Notes: generated from the sequence alone by a model not told the origin. A stretch of DNA of 64,000 nt from Eledone cirrhosa (GCA_964016885.1 OZ024741.1:219666001-219730000); one strand, 5' to 3'; counted from the first letter of the stretch, positions 1 to 13,162 are shown. Numbers and translations: made by a program.

Positions 1-1238
1 ACAGTTAGAGAGAAGGGGGGGGGGGTGAACCAAATAATCTTCCTTTTCCTGTTATTATGGTTAGTATTAGGGGGGGGGGGAGTAGGTAAATAAGAATTTT
101 TTTCTGTAAAACCGCTGTTCTTAAGGGCTTTATTATAATAAGGGGCGGCTTTATTAAAAATGTCTATAGACGAAGATAAAGTAGAAATCCTACGGCTAAT
201 GTTAGGAATAAGATTATTAAAAACTATGGGGGGATGGCAAGACCCTTTGTGTATATACCTAAGATTTTCATTAGGTTTATGATAGGGTTTAAAAGAGGCA
301 GTAAGTAGATCAAGATTAATATCAAGAAAGTTAGCATTAGTAAGGTTCGTATCTATAGTAATTTTAAGGTTAAGATTAGCAAAAGTATTGATTAAATCTT
401 TACGGAATTTATCAAGATTATGGCCGTTGGTGGTATGAGAAACTGCTAATCCGTCATCACGGTATAAACCGATATTATGGGACGGAAATTTCTCTTTGAG
501 TGTGTGGAGAAGGAATAATCCTACTAAGTCACACACATCCGCACTGTCATATGAACCCATTGCAACATCAAAAGAGTTTTCAGGGTTTGACTTTTTAACC
601 CAAATATTATCATTAGTAAAAAGTAAAGTTTTTCTAGCATGAAAGATAATGTCCTCTTCTAATTTAGAGATATTAATGAAGGGTCTTGCAAAATCTAAGG
701 CATTAGTTAATAAGGAAACAGTAATAGAAGGGTAAAAATCGACAATATCAAATTGGGTAAATCTACACTTATTTTTACCTTGTATATTATTGAACCAAGA
801 AATAACAGAGGAAGTATTTAGCCACTGTGATAGGTCAGTGTTAGTTCTAATTTGGAGAATTATTTTTCTTAAGATTTTCTTACTAGCAAGGCCAACCTCG
901 GATTTAGCCGGATTAATCAGTCTACAACTAGGTCGATTAGTAAAGTCCAATTTATGGTCTTTAAGGGTAATATATGCTTTACTCTTAGCTAAGCTTTCAA
1001 TCCGGTTATCTATTTGTAAAGAACTAGCTAGTTCTTTAGCTTCTTTATTGATAGTATTGTAGCTATTATTATTAGTTAATTGATATTTATTGGTAATACT
1101 ATTAGTTAAAAGTTGGTTATACAAAGTACTATTAACTTCAAAGAGGTTTTTAGTTTTATCAGAAAGAACGAAAGTGTTTGTAGAATTTCTAAAATTAGAA
1201 ATATCGTTAGAAAGTTTAGTTTGAAAGTTATTATTGTA

Positions 1239-1240
<2 letters not shown>
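1..1240 (-). mobile_element. Penelope-like element, RT fragment (Hydra-clade-like), running off the window start
   Basis: Minus-strand translation gives AYITLKDHK, CRLINPAKSEVG, QFDIVDFYPSIT, FDVAMGSYDSADVCDLVGLFLL, GLYRDDGL and FLDINLD. 5' end abuts (TA)n at about 1241. Same motif type as 50673-52209. Confidence 0.85.
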
Positions 1241-1316
<76 letters not shown>

Positions 1317-1329
1317 AATATGCGGGACT

Positions 1330-1599
<270 letters not shown>

Positions 1600-1759
1600 C
1601 ATGTGTGTGTCCATGTATGTATGCATGAATGAATACAGTAAGCTAGACAACCAGTGATTCTAACTGTTACCACTATCATATATTTTGGTTTTGTTTTGTT
1701 TTGGAATTGTTTGACCAAATGCTTTACTTACTGTTTTAATTATTTTTAAAAATCGATTA

Positions 1760-1821
<62 letters not shown>

Positions 1822-2034
1822 CGTTTCTGAATTTGTTTAGCAAGATTCTTTATCTGAAATCGTGTGTTGAAACCGATATTGTTATACTTTGGGAGGGTCA
1901 TGTTGCCAATAAGAAACACACGCACCAGTTGCTTTCACTTCAATTTAATTTATTAAATATTTATAAATTTACAAATTTATAAATTTCTGGTTGGTTGGTT
2001 GGTTCCACAACCAGATAGTTGTTTATATATATAT

Positions 2035-2079
2035 AGTCATAGTTCTTTCGTCACACACTCTGTGACCTCTTCAGTGACT
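2035..2079 (-). ncRNA. Type I hammerhead ribozyme, family A
   Basis: Minus strand: AGUCA-CUGAAGA-G-GUCAC(agagugu)GUGAC-GAAA-GAAC-UA-UGACU. Confidence 0.8.
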
Positions 2080-2222
2080 GGGGATTTCTTTCTTCGTTTC
2101 TGTGCCTTTCCTTTCTTCTATCCTACGCCATTTTGTTTGTGTGTCACAAACAAAATGACACACAAACAAAATGGCGTAGGATAGAAGAAAGGAAAGGCAC
2201 AGAAACGAAGAAAGAAATCCCC

Positions 2223-2267
2223 AGTCACTGAAGAGGTCACAGAGTGTGTGACGAAAGAACTATGACT
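2223..2267 (+). ncRNA. Type I hammerhead ribozyme, family A
   Basis: agtca ctgaaga g gtcac agagtgt gtgac gaaa gaac ta tgact: stems I and II intact, minimal stem III. Confidence 0.8.
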
Positions 2268-2418
2268 ATATATATATAAACAACTATCTGGTTGTGGAAC
2301 GAACCAACCAGCCAGAAATTTATAAATTTGTAAATTTATAAATATTTAATAAATTAAATTGAAGTGAAAGCAACTGGTGCGTGTGTTTCTTATTGGCAAC
2401 ATGACCCTCCCAAAGTAT

Positions 2419-2484
<66 letters not shown>

Positions 2485-3097
2485 CAGGAGGCTGGACTGG
2501 TGTAAATCCTTGAAAGGTTTATTATACTATGATCATTTCAATGACCAGGTTCCATATGAATCCGGTGATATCATCAGGTATTGGAATATAACAAAGGAAT
2601 ATGTAAAAAACCATGGGTCCGAAAAATCAGAGACAGAGAGGACCACTGACCAACTAGCTTCTCGGCCAATCGCCCTCAAAGTGGTGGCAACTGAATATAC
2701 TAATGAACATCTGTGGAGGGGCGAAGGCTTATAATGCACTACCACCACTCCGTCAAAGAAGAAGGGGAAGAAAGAAAGAAAGGGAGAAAGAAGTGTAGTG
2801 TAAAGGGTCATACAACATTCATGCTAGAAAATGCCGCGAAAAAATGCGACACCAAAGAATCTATAATGGGTGTCTGTATGGTCTAATGTGTGAACCGAAG
2901 ATTGGAACGTTAAACTTATGTTGCGAGTTATAGGATGAAATTAAATTAAATTAAAAATATTAAATTGCAAAATGATAAACTGAAAAATAAGTTATTAGAG
3001 AATTAAAGATTAAGGTGACGAGATTTATTTATTTAATGAACTTACGGAGAGAGTCTTATATTCTTTAATTCTCTTTAATGAACCAACAAACCTAAAG

Positions 3098-3152
<55 letters not shown>

Positions 3153-3285
3153 AAATCGATTTAATAAACACATCAAACAATTACAGGGGATAATTTATAA
3201 AGAGTGTAAACACACATAATTACGAAGGTAACATTTAAAATTAACGAGAAAATCGAATATAGATACCTTGTAATAATGATTAATT

Positions 3286-3370
3286 TCCTTTGTATATATT
3301 TCATTAAAGAAATATATTTAACCACTAATGGTCAAATCACGATGTTAAATCCCGGATCATCGGCAAAGGA
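3286..3370 (-). ncRNA. Hammerhead ribozyme motif, C4 variant core
   Basis: Minus strand: UCCUUUG-CCGAUGA-...-GAAA-UAUAUA-CAAAGGA; 7-bp stem I, poorly paired stem II base. Confidence 0.6.
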
Positions 3371-3399
3371 GATTTAACTATGTGTGATTACACACTAAA

Positions 3400-4018
3400 A
3401 GCAAATCTGGAAATGACGAAAAGCAGGTGTGGTTATTTTGTAATAAAAACGTGGCGTCAACTAAGTGATGTGAATAGGATTATCGACAGCTAGAAATAGC
3501 AGCCTTTGACACCACAGCTAGGCTGTTCGTCGGTAAAAAACAGTGCCACGAAATTTTCTGGCTGGGAAATGACAACGGGTAGGGTGGTGCAGGTATACTA
3601 CTAGCTGACAAATGATTAAATAAGGTAATCTAAGTGGACAGGGTAAACGCGAGAATAATTAAACGCAGGCTAGTCCTGAATAAAATAATAGCTACAATCA
3701 TATCCGCTTACGCACTGCAACCTGGGTTGCCTGACGATCTTAAAGGTCGGTATTATGACCTTACGGGGTCGATAAAATAAAGTACCAGTAATGCACTGAG
3801 TAATTGCTGGCCTTGTGCCTAAAGTAGAAACAATTATGAGTCTATAATGCAGGGGATGCAATGGGAAACCCAGTGATAGCTTCTACAGAGTCCATGGAGT
3901 CTACGGGTTTGGAGCAAGTAATGAAGGTTACAGGCTTCTAGAATACTGCGACGCCAATAACCTGTCGATATGTAACATTATAACATTAACTTAAAAAAAC
4001 CCAACAACCACCTGTTGG

Positions 4019-4020
<2 letters not shown>
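3400..4020 (+). pseudogene. Degenerate RTE LINE endonuclease fragment with a Nin-type SINE piece at about 3760-3832
   Basis: ttttctggctgggaaatgacaacggg and gaatactgcgacgccaataacctgtcgatatgtaac resemble 19450-19830. Confidence 0.6.
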
Positions 4021-4056
<36 letters not shown>

Positions 4057-4170
4057 CGAAGGAAATGTGGTAAGGAACCAGGTGGACCATAACGCGCCAA
4101 AGTACTCAATACTTAGGGTAGTAGAGTGTGTAATAGGAACGAGCTCAGCCGTCGGGGTCCTACTCGTTCC

Positions 4171-4293
<123 letters not shown>

Positions 4294-4438
4294 ATACTTT
4301 GGGAGGGTCATGTTGCCAATAAGAAACACACGCACCAGTTGTTTCATTTCAATTTATTATAATCAATTTATAAATTTAGGAATTTATAAATTTCCGGTTG
4401 GTTGGTTGGTTCCACAACCAGATGATTGTTTATATATT

Positions 4439-4481
4439 GTCAAAGTTCTTTCGTCACACATTCTGTGACCTCTTCAGTGAC
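4439..4481 (-). ncRNA. Hammerhead ribozyme in PLE 3' UTR, family A
   Basis: Minus strand: GUCA-CUGAAGA-GGUCAC..GUGAC-GAAA-GAAC-UU-UGAC; same strand as the PLE ORF. Confidence 0.75.
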
Positions 4482-4682
4482 TGGGGATTCTTTTCTTTGT
4501 TTTTGTGCCTCTCCTTTGTTCTGTCCTACGCCATCTTGTTTCTGTGTGTGTCTTGTGTGCTCAGTCTGCGCATGCGCCACATCCGGGTGTCTGCGGGTGT
4601 TTATATTCGTTTATTTATTTGTTTATTTACATGTTACTGGTTGGTTGCTTGTTCTATGTGCGTGTGTGTTTTCATTTTGTCC

Positions 4683-5060
4683 TTAATTGTAAGTTGTGAT
4701 GTTGCTGTTCCACTCATGTTTTCTATTTAATTTTGGTTGTAATTCTTTTATGTTTATTGCCTCTGTGATTTGTCTAAACATTGCGTCTTTTCTGTGTGTA
4801 GATTCTATTTTTATTTCTATGTTCTCTAATTTACCCTTATGTTTTATTTTAGCATGTTGGTAGAGTACAGATGATTCTTTACTATCTTGAAGGTCTCGCC
4901 AGTGTTCATTTATCCGTTCCCCTACACTACGAGCTGTCTCACCTATGTACACTATATTTTTATCTCTACATTGTCCTTCAGTACATCTTATGCTATATAC
5001 TACATTTCTAGTTTTACAGTTAATATGGGGGCTTAATTTACAGGTTATACATTTCTTATC
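4683..5060 (-). pseudogene. PLE GIY-YIG endonuclease domain, frameshifted from the RT
   Basis: YIGETARSVGERINEH, QITEAINIK and LNRKHEW; upstream VVYSIRC and Cys-rich linker as in the 35464 copy. Confidence 0.88.
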
Positions 5061-6516
5061 TATACAGGGGTCTTTGAAAAGGGTATGTCTTGCTAATAAG
5101 TGTTTTTATGGAGGTACCTGGTCTTTCTACTATCTTAATATTGAGTTTATGTTTATTTAGGGCCCTTCTAAATTTGTAAGCTAATTCACCTCTAGGGGTT
5201 GTATCGATGAACATTACACTCTGGTATTTATTGCTATCATACCATGAGTTTATTCTATTAGCCTTATTCCTAGTTCTTTCTATTATATTCCAAAATTTGC
5301 TCCTATACAAGGGGCAGGTCCCATTTGTGTCATTATAAACCATTTTTTCCCATTTGGTTCTGGCTCCTCTATACTCTCTGATTTTATCTCTCTGATTGTA
5401 GCCAGAGAACTGCATACGGTGGATGAAGTGTTGTATGTGTCTCTCTAGTTCTTCGGGGTTGCACATGCGGGACACGTTTCTCATCACCCGTACCAAATCC
5501 GCAATTAGTATGTTGATTTTGGTATGGTCCGAAACGGCCGAGTTTCGGTGGATCAGGTATTTGGAAGTCATGGGTTTGGCATAATGGGAATGGAGGATTT
5601 GTTTTTTGTTATTAATGGTATCTAACCAGAGTTCTGTGTCTAGTACAGGTAATCGATGGTTGGGGTGTTTACTTAGGTAGTCTATAGTAACTCTAATACT
5701 CTGGTGGATGGAGTTAGCTATTTGCTGGATGCTTTCCATTGTGTTTTTCCCTAATTCCTGACTGTTCCCTAATTCCTGACTGTTCTCTAATTCCTGACTG
5801 CTCTCTAATTCCTGACTGCTCTCTAATTCCTGACTGGTCTCTAGTGGGGGTGTTTTAACTACGATGTTTATATCATCAACGTAGCGGGAGTACATTATGA
5901 GGGTTAAGGGGTCTTCTATTTGTTCTTTAAGTTCAAGTTTAAGTCTACTGTCCCACCATACCATGAATAAGTTAGCTATGTCACCTGCAATGCTAACACC
6001 AATGGCTGCTCCCTCCTCTTGGGAATATGTTTTTCCATTAAATTTGAACATATGTTCCTTAAGGGTTAAATTTATGCTGGACCCCACCGCATGTGCAATC
6101 ATTTTCTTTAGTTCATCGTGGTTTTGGGGGGTCCCTATGGTTCTGGTCCACCCGTTCCATCTATCTGTGTGGGTTTTCTTGGCCATTGAGGTAATGGTAG
6201 GTGGTCTGCCTCTTGCTGGTCTTGTAGGGCACAGGTTGCTAAGGTCATATGTGTCTAGATAATTATTACTATAGGTAAGTTTAAGTAGGAGTCCCAGCTC
6301 ACTGGTATCAATCCCACGGAACTCAACATTGCTCTCACTGATCATTTCTACGCATTTCTCCACAGCAAAATCCACGTCAATAGATGGATACAGGGACACA
6401 ACATCCATACTATCTATTATGCAGTTTGTTAGGTCCCTAGATCGGTTACTCTCGCCGATTCTGCTGAGGAGGTCCTCCGTGCTGTCACATACATATGGGG
6501 ACATTTCAATGATCAC
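5056..6516 (-). CDS. PLE reverse transcriptase (truncated)
   Basis: SMDVVSLYPSI, QEEGAAIGVSIAGDIANLFM, YSRYVDDI, LPVLD, HYAKPM. Confidence 0.9.
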   Translation of the reverse strand: MIIEMSPYVCDSTEDLLSRIGESNRSRDLTNCIIDSMDVVSLYPSIDVDFAVEKCVEMISESNVEFRGIDTSELGLLLKLTYSNNYLDTYDLSNLCPTRPARGRPPTITSMAKKTHTDRWNGWTRTIGTPQNHDELKKMIAHAVGSSINLTLKEHMFKFNGKTYSQEEGAAIGVSIAGDIANLFMVWWDSRLKLELKEQIEDPLTLIMYSRYVDDINIVVKTPPLETSQELESSQELESSQELENSQELGNSQELGKNTMESIQQIANSIHQSIRVTIDYLSKHPNHRLPVLDTELWLDTINNKKQILHSHYAKPMTSKYLIHRNSAVSDHTKINILIADLVRVMRNVSRMCNPEELERHIQHFIHRMQFSGYNQRDKIREYRGARTKWEKMVYNDTNGTCPLYRSKFWNIIERTRNKANRINSWYDSNKYQSVMFIDTTPRGELAYKFRRALNKHKLNIKIVERPGTSIKTLISKTYPFQRPLYR

Positions 6517-6599
6517 AGTACTCCGGTTTGGTGTGATTATCGGTCATCCAGCTATGTTGTTGGTGGTTGGATTCAATTCTATTCGCCCGAACGTTGAAC

Positions 6600-7705
6600 T
6601 TTGGTGTCGATAGGACATTAATGAGGCAGGGTGAGATCGGAGAGGCTTGGATCTCGCCATACGGGCCATCTTCCTGGACCCAGAAGGTAAGTCGGTGGTG
6701 CTGGACGTGACCGGCAGCGAAGGCAATGCTTTCAAGCTAGTAGCCGTCTACGCCCCAACTGGGGCAGGACGGCCAGATTTCTTCAGCCGTCTAGAGACCT
6801 TTCTTGGAACGTCCCGCTCTTTAATTTTAGTGAGCGACTGGAACGGTATCTTGGATGCACGCTGGGATTGTGTGGGCTAGTGGATAGGTGAGGAGGGTGC
6901 AAGAGCCTCACCAACTTGCTCAGACGTTTTGAACTGTCTGACAGGTATCGACTGGATCACCCGAATGTGCCAATGTGGACATGGACCAATCGCATCGTGT
7001 CATCCAGATTGTATCTCGATAGGGTATTTTGCAGAGAACAATAAAAGGCTAGTATAAGTTGTCCACAATTTAAAATAGTTGACTACACAGACCACAAATT
7101 CGTGATTTGTGAGATTGACATAGACAGATTTCATAGACAAGGACCCGGTTACTGGAAGCTGAACGCATCTTTCCCGGCGCGCAAAGCCTACAGAGACCGG
7201 ATTAGCGTATTAGTTAAGCGGGCATTGACGGGAGCGGTCGTAAACAACAGGTGGCGGTTTGCCCTGAAAAGCAATTAAAGTAGAGTCAATTAGGTTTAGC
7301 AAAGGACTAGTGAGAGAGGAAAATAGAGTAGAGGGAGAGCTAGTTAGAAAGCTAGAAGAGGCGTTTAGGACAGGCATCGCAACCGACGTGCTTACGGCGA
7401 GATTGGCACTCGACCAATTCTTCAACGCAAAACACGAAGGCTGCGTTGTCGAAGCTAGACCACGTGCTCCGAAACACGAGGGGACGAAAGCCATCCAATG
7501 GGCCCGGGTGGCAGAGGCGCGACGTAGCAACAAAGCCACAATTCAGTCTTTGTCTGACCAAAACGGGCGCGTGTTACTCGAACACGAGCAGATGTGTGAG
7601 GCTTTTTAGCAGCACTTTGTTGAACTGATCGGGAGCAGCGGCGGGCCGGATCGGGGTATGGACTTCAGTGCATACCTCGACGGACTGCTTCTGCTCTCGA
7701 CGACT
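6600..7705 (+). mobile_element. L1/Tx1-type LINE ORF2 fragment (APE endonuclease and linker), degenerate
   Basis: LVAVYAPTG, LVSDWNGILD, WTWTN, LDRVF, TDHKFV, GPGYWKLNAS, interrupted by stops. Confidence 0.8.
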
Positions 7706-8524
7706 CAACTTGAATCACTCAACTTGAATCACTCAGTTCATTACGTGGAAGTTGTGCTGCTACAGATCCTGATAAACGCTTTCTATGGTTCTCTGACTCT
7801 CGACGAGCCACTGAAACCTGATCACGCTTAAACTTTGAAGATACCTTTTTCTGGTAACCTTTTTCTTCAGCACCCAGAGATACTTTTTTCTGGCAACGCA
7901 GGGCTTCGAGAAATGTAGCATCTTCCATTTTCTGTTCATTATTACGAAGGTCTTTCAAAATTTTCTTTTCAACATCAGTATGTGCAATGTAGAAATACGA
8001 ATCCAATTAAGAAATAAATAGTGCTTCCTTTTCTTTGTTTGAACCTTTCTTTTTTTGTAAATTTCTGTATTCACTGTACATGTTCATAATTTTCAGTTCC
8101 ACTTTGTCTTTTCGTTGAGTCGCCACACCAGCTTTTTCCCACTGACTAACTACTTCCATCACAAGCCTATCCGCAATAGCACCATTGAAGCTCACATGCT
8201 TTTCACGTTTCATAGGACCATCTTTCAGGTAGAAGAAATATCTTAGAACATCCCCCTTTGTTGGTATTTTGTTTGGTGAATAGGATGTAACATATTGCCC
8301 CAGGAGCCATATTTCTCGATCATCACAATGGAGCGAGTAGCTACAACTAGGCCCACTGGTTTCCGCCATTATTCTGCCAATTTGCAACTATTAGGCAAAG
8401 CTTAAATTAGTCTGAAATAATCAAAATTACATTATAAATTGATAATATACAAAATGTCATGAGAAAAGGCATAGGGGAGCTAAGAAAAAACACTTTTGTG
8501 TAGAATGTGAAATTCTGGAACACC

Positions 8525-8528
<4 letters not shown>
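7706..8528 (-). mobile_element. DNA transposon 5' fragment, probably hATm-type
   Basis: Terminus TTAGGGTGTTC next to (TA)n; ORFs with KIPTKGDVLRY, WEKAGVAT, FYIAH and EDATFL resemble transposase N-termini. Superfamily assigned from memory only. Confidence 0.55.
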
Positions 8529-8591
<63 letters not shown>

Positions 8592-8637
8592 TGGAATTGA
8601 ACCATCAGCATAGTTGAGGTATGTCTCACATCAATTT

Positions 8638-8709
8638 ATATATTTTATCTGATGAGGCCGTACTGAAAAATCAGCACAGTACCTCCGAAATATATATAAT
8701 AAAATATAT
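8638..8709 (+). ncRNA. Type I hammerhead ribozyme, family B
   Basis: atatattttat-CTGATGA-gg..gtactg/cagtac..cc-GAAA-tatatata-ataaaatatat: canonical core, 11-bp stem I; second copy at 48174. Confidence 0.82.
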
Positions 8710-8763
8710 TTTGATTACGTTGAATGTCTATATTTATTAATATTTTGAATTAATATTATATAT

Positions 8764-8945
8764 ATCATCATCATCATCATCATTCCATTTTATGTCCACT
8801 TTTTCCCTGCTTGCAAGGGTGGGACGGGAACTGATTCTGGCTTGATTTTTACAGCTGGATGCCCTTCCTAACACCAACCTCATTTACAGTGAGTGCTGGG
8901 TGCTTTTTTGCCGTGGCACCTCCACGACCACTTTGCAGTGCAATG
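8764..8945 (-). mobile_element. RTE 3'-end fragment with (GAT)n tail
   Basis: cagctggatgcccttcctaacaccaac and (TCA)n match the 3' UTR of the RTE at 22380-22635. Confidence 0.75.
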
Positions 8946-8951
8946 ATATGG

Positions 8952-9105
8952 ACCCCAGTCCCTATCATCTCATTTTTACAGCTGAGTAAACTGGAGCAAT
9001 GTGAAATAAAGCTCAAGGAAACAACACATCACCCAGTCTGAGAACTGAACTCACAACCTTTCGATTGCAAGGCCAATCCTCTAACCACTAAGTCATGTGC
9101 CTCCA
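8952..9105 (-). mobile_element. tRNA-derived SINE
   Basis: Minus strand: tggaggcacatgacttagtggttagag (A box), gagttcagttct (B-box-like), then a CORE-like segment. Confidence 0.7.
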
Positions 9106-9163
9106 TATATATATATTGAAAGGATAACAAGGACGATTGGTTACTCCTTCATTACATTTATTG

Positions 9164-9254
9164 GTAGGTGACGCGCGTTTCGCCACTGATCAGCTCAAGG
9201 TTCGATCTGTATCGATCTTACCCGACTCTATAATCGGCAGCTCGACGGACCCTA
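9164..9254 (-). ncRNA. Hammerhead-like motif with degenerate core
   Basis: Minus strand: GUAGGU-CCGUCGA-GCUGC..(branched)..GUGGC-GAAA-CGCGCG-UC-ACCUAC. Confidence 0.6.
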
Positions 9255-9258
9255 CACT

Positions 9259-9339
<81 letters not shown>

Positions 9340-9979
9340 CATGGCTTCTACAGGACTAGAACTGTTTCAATATTTATACTCTGCTATGTATTGAGTACCT
9401 TATCTACTGTGGTTACCCCCGATTGAACCCGGGATATACTTATATATATATATATATATATCCTAAAGTTGTCATTGCCAGTTGTGAGTAGGACTGAGAG
9501 TCTACTCACTACTAAAATGCCCCATGGTGGAGATGTTTGAACTTGACGGGGAGAAAAGGCAGCGGTGAGTTACTAGTGCCTTAAAACCAGTTGCTCCATG
9601 TTGACACCGAGTTGAGAAACTGGAACTCTTTATCTGAAGTAAAAGCAGTCTACCAAAGAGAAGGAATACTTTGAAATCAAATCCCATCAGCACAATGCCA
9701 GGAAATACAGGGTATGACACACCCAGTGTACAATATACCTGTGGGAGTGACATTCCCTAACCTTATATAGAAGCAAATGTCTAGGGGAATGGCTACTCCA
9801 AAATAACACCCACATCTTTATTAAGCTAAATATCTTGTACTTGCTTATTTCTGGATCACTTGGTCTTATAACTCAAAGACTTTGCAGTATTCCACAAGAT
9901 GTTACCGACTATAAATCCATGTATAGGCATTGCTGAGAGCTATAGTCTAATCTATATATCTATATAATCAAGGTGCCAT

Positions 9980-10064
<85 letters not shown>

Positions 10065-10265
10065 GGAAATTTGGGACTTGACTCATTCTTCCTCACTTTT
10101 CGTTGCTTTACCATCTTTGTTTGTTTACACTCTCGCACGTTCCCCTTATTTACGTGTCCCAACGACTTTCTTTGGCCGTTGCTCGCACCAACCGGAGGTA
10201 TATGGTCTTTAAAGCGATGAAATACCGATGATGGGTGTAAGATCACTGATGAAGGACTAACTTTA

Positions 10266-10307
<42 letters not shown>

Positions 10308-10380
10308 AGTGTGTGTGTGTGTGAGTGTGTGTGTGTGTGTGTGCACATACACACTTACACACACGTATATATATATATAT

Positions 10381-10429
<49 letters not shown>

Positions 10430-10443
10430 TAAAGAGAGAGGGA

Positions 10444-10537
<94 letters not shown>

Positions 10538-10697
10538 TAAAAGAGAGAGAGGAGATCAATAGAAATGATTGTTGGTTACCAAGTGTGAAAGAATTCAATG
10601 TATTAATCACGTATGGTAAACACAAAATAATTGAATTTAGGCGTTGAATTGAATAGTGTTTCTAAAGAGATATAGCTCTGCTCTCTCAGAAACTTAC

Positions 10698-10765
10698 CTT
10701 TATGAAAGCAGGCAACAGGAAGAGATATGGAGTTGATGTACATTTTTCTTGAAGGGGAAACATCT
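10698..10765 (-). CDS. Possible small exon, uncertain
   Basis: Strong donor AAAG|GTAAGT at 10698, AG acceptors near 10764-10767, open frame DVSPSRKMYINSISLPVACFHK; no recognisable domain. Confidence 0.25.
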
Positions 10766-10829
10766 CTATATAAATTTGACCGACTTCCATCCATCCATCC
10801 ATCCGTCTATCCTTCCGTCACACAACGAT

Positions 10830-13162
10830 TGAGGGGAGAAGGGGTGATGATATCACGCACGAGAGGTGATTGAGAATGTAAGGGGTGATGACGTCTCGCA
10901 CTAGAGGTGATTGAGTAAGGAAGGGGTGATGGCGTCTCGCACTAGAGGTAATTGGGGAAGGGGTGATGACGTCTCGCACTAGAGGTAATTGAGTAAGGAA
11001 GGGGTGATGGCGTCTCGCACTAGAGGTGTTTGAGTAAGGAAGGGGTGATGGCGTCTCGCACTAGAGGTGATTGAGGAAGGGGTGATGACGTCTCGCACTA
11101 GAGGTGTTTGAGAATGTAAGGGGTGATGACGTCTCGCACTAGAGGTGTTTGAGAATGTAAGGGCTGATGACGTCTCGCACTAGAGGTGATTGAGGAAGGA
11201 AGGGGTGATGGCGTCTCGCACTAGAGGTAATTGAGGAAGGGGTGATGACGTCTCGCACTAGAGGTGATTGAGAATGTAAGGGGTGATGACGTCTCGCACT
11301 AGAGGTGATTGAGAATGTAAGGGGTGATGACGTCTCGCACTAGAGGTGATTGAGAATGTAAGGGGTGATGACGTCTCGCACTAGAGGTAATTGAGGAAGG
11401 GGTGATGACGTCTCGCACTAGAGGTGATTGAGAATGTAAGGGCTGATGACATCTCGCACTAGAGGTGTTTGAGAATGTAAGGGCTGATGACATCTCGCAC
11501 TAGAGGTGATTGAGGAAGGAAGGGCTGATGACGTCTCGCACTAGAGGTAATTGAGGAAGGGCTGATGGCGTCTCACACTAGAGGTGATTGAGGAAGGAAG
11601 GGCTGATGACGTCTCGCACTAGAGGTAATTGAGGAAGGGGTGATGACGTCACACACTAGAGGTGATTGAGGAAGGAAGGGCTTCTGACATCTCGCACTAG
11701 AGGTAATTGAGGAAGGGGTGATGACGTCACACACTAGAGGTGATTGAGGAAGGAAGGGCTTCTGACATCTCACACTAGAGGTGATTGAGGAAGGGGTGAT
11801 GACGTCACACACTAGAGATGATTGAGGAAGGAAGGGCTGATGACGTCTCGCACTAGAGGTAATTGAGGAAGGGGAGATGACGTCACACACTAGAGGTGAT
11901 TGAGTAAGGAAGGGCTGATGACGTCTCGCACTAGAGGTAATTGAGGAAGGGCTGATGACGTCTCGCATTAGAGGTAATTGAGGAAGGAAGGGCTTCTGAC
12001 ATCTCGCACTAGAGGTAATTGAGGAAGGGGTGATGACGTCACACACTAGAGATGATTGAGGAAGGAAGGGCTGATGACATCTCACACTAGAGGTAATTGA
12101 GGAAGGGGAGATGACGTCACACACTAGAGGTGATTGAGTAAGGAAGGGCTGATGACGTCTCGCACTAGAGGTAATTGAGGAAGGGCTGATGACGTCTCGC
12201 ATTAGAGGTAATTGAGGAAGGAAGGGCTTCTGACATCTCGCACTAGAGGTAATTGAGGAAGGGGTGATGACGTCACACACTAGAGATGATTGAGGAAGGA
12301 AGGGCTGATGACATCTCGCACTAGAGGTGATTGAGGAAGGGGTGATGACGTCACACACTAGAGGTGATTGAGGAAGGAAGGGCTGATGACATCTCACACT
12401 AGAGGTGATTGAGGAAGGAAGGGCTTCTGACATCTCGCACTAGAGGTAATTGAGGAAGGGGTGATGACGTCACACACTAGAGGTGATTGAGGAAGAAAGG
12501 GCTGATGACATCTCGCACTAGAGGTAATTGAGGAAGGGGTGATGACGTCTCGCACTAGAGGTGATTGAGGAACGAAGGGCTGATGACATCTCGCACTAGA
12601 GGTGATTGAGGAAGGGGTGATGACGTCACACACTAGAGGTGATTGAGGAAGGAAGGGCTTCTGACATCTCGCACTAGAGGTAATTGAGGAAGGGGTGATG
12701 ACGTCACACACTAGAGGTGATTGAGGAAGGAAGGGCTTCTGACATCTCGCACTAGAGGTAATTGAGGAAGGGGTGATGACGTCACACACTAGAGGTGATT
12801 GAGGAAGGAAGGGCTTCTGACATCTCGCACTAGAGGTAATTGAGGAAGGGGTGATGACGTCTCGCACTAGAGGTGATTGAGGAACGAAGGGCTGATGACA
12901 TCTCGCACTAGAGGTGATTGAGGAAGGGGTGATGACGTCACACACTAGAGGTGATTGAGGAAGGAAGGGCTGATGACATCTCGCACTAGAGGTAATTGAG
13001 GAAGGGGTGATGACGTCACACACTAGAGATGATTGAGGAAGGAAGGGCTGATGACATCTCACACTAGAGGTAATTGAGGAAGGGGTGATGACGTCACACA
13101 CTAGAGGTGATTGAGGAAGGAAGGGCTGATGACGTCTCGCACTAGAGGTAATTGAGGAAGGA
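10830..13162. repeat. Minisatellite with 37/41-bp units forming 78-bp dimers
   Basis: Unit aggggtgatgacgtctcgcactagaggtgattgagga(agga); 26-aa periodicity in the incidental ORFs. Confidence 0.95.

Larger units (their letters stand above)
1820..2426. mobile_element. Fold-back PLE 3'-end (pLTR) element, family A, in (TA)n
   Basis: Near-perfect inverted repeat 1876-2146/2156-2426; sequence matches the 3' UTR of the PLEs at 4287 and 35138; left arm extends to 1820; (TA)n on both sides. Confidence 0.9.

Noticed and set aside
4683-6516. Naiad/Chlamys-type permuted or selenoprotein PLE
   Set aside because: GIY-YIG is C-terminal to RT in all coding copies where it is visible, and no conserved in-frame TGA was seen.
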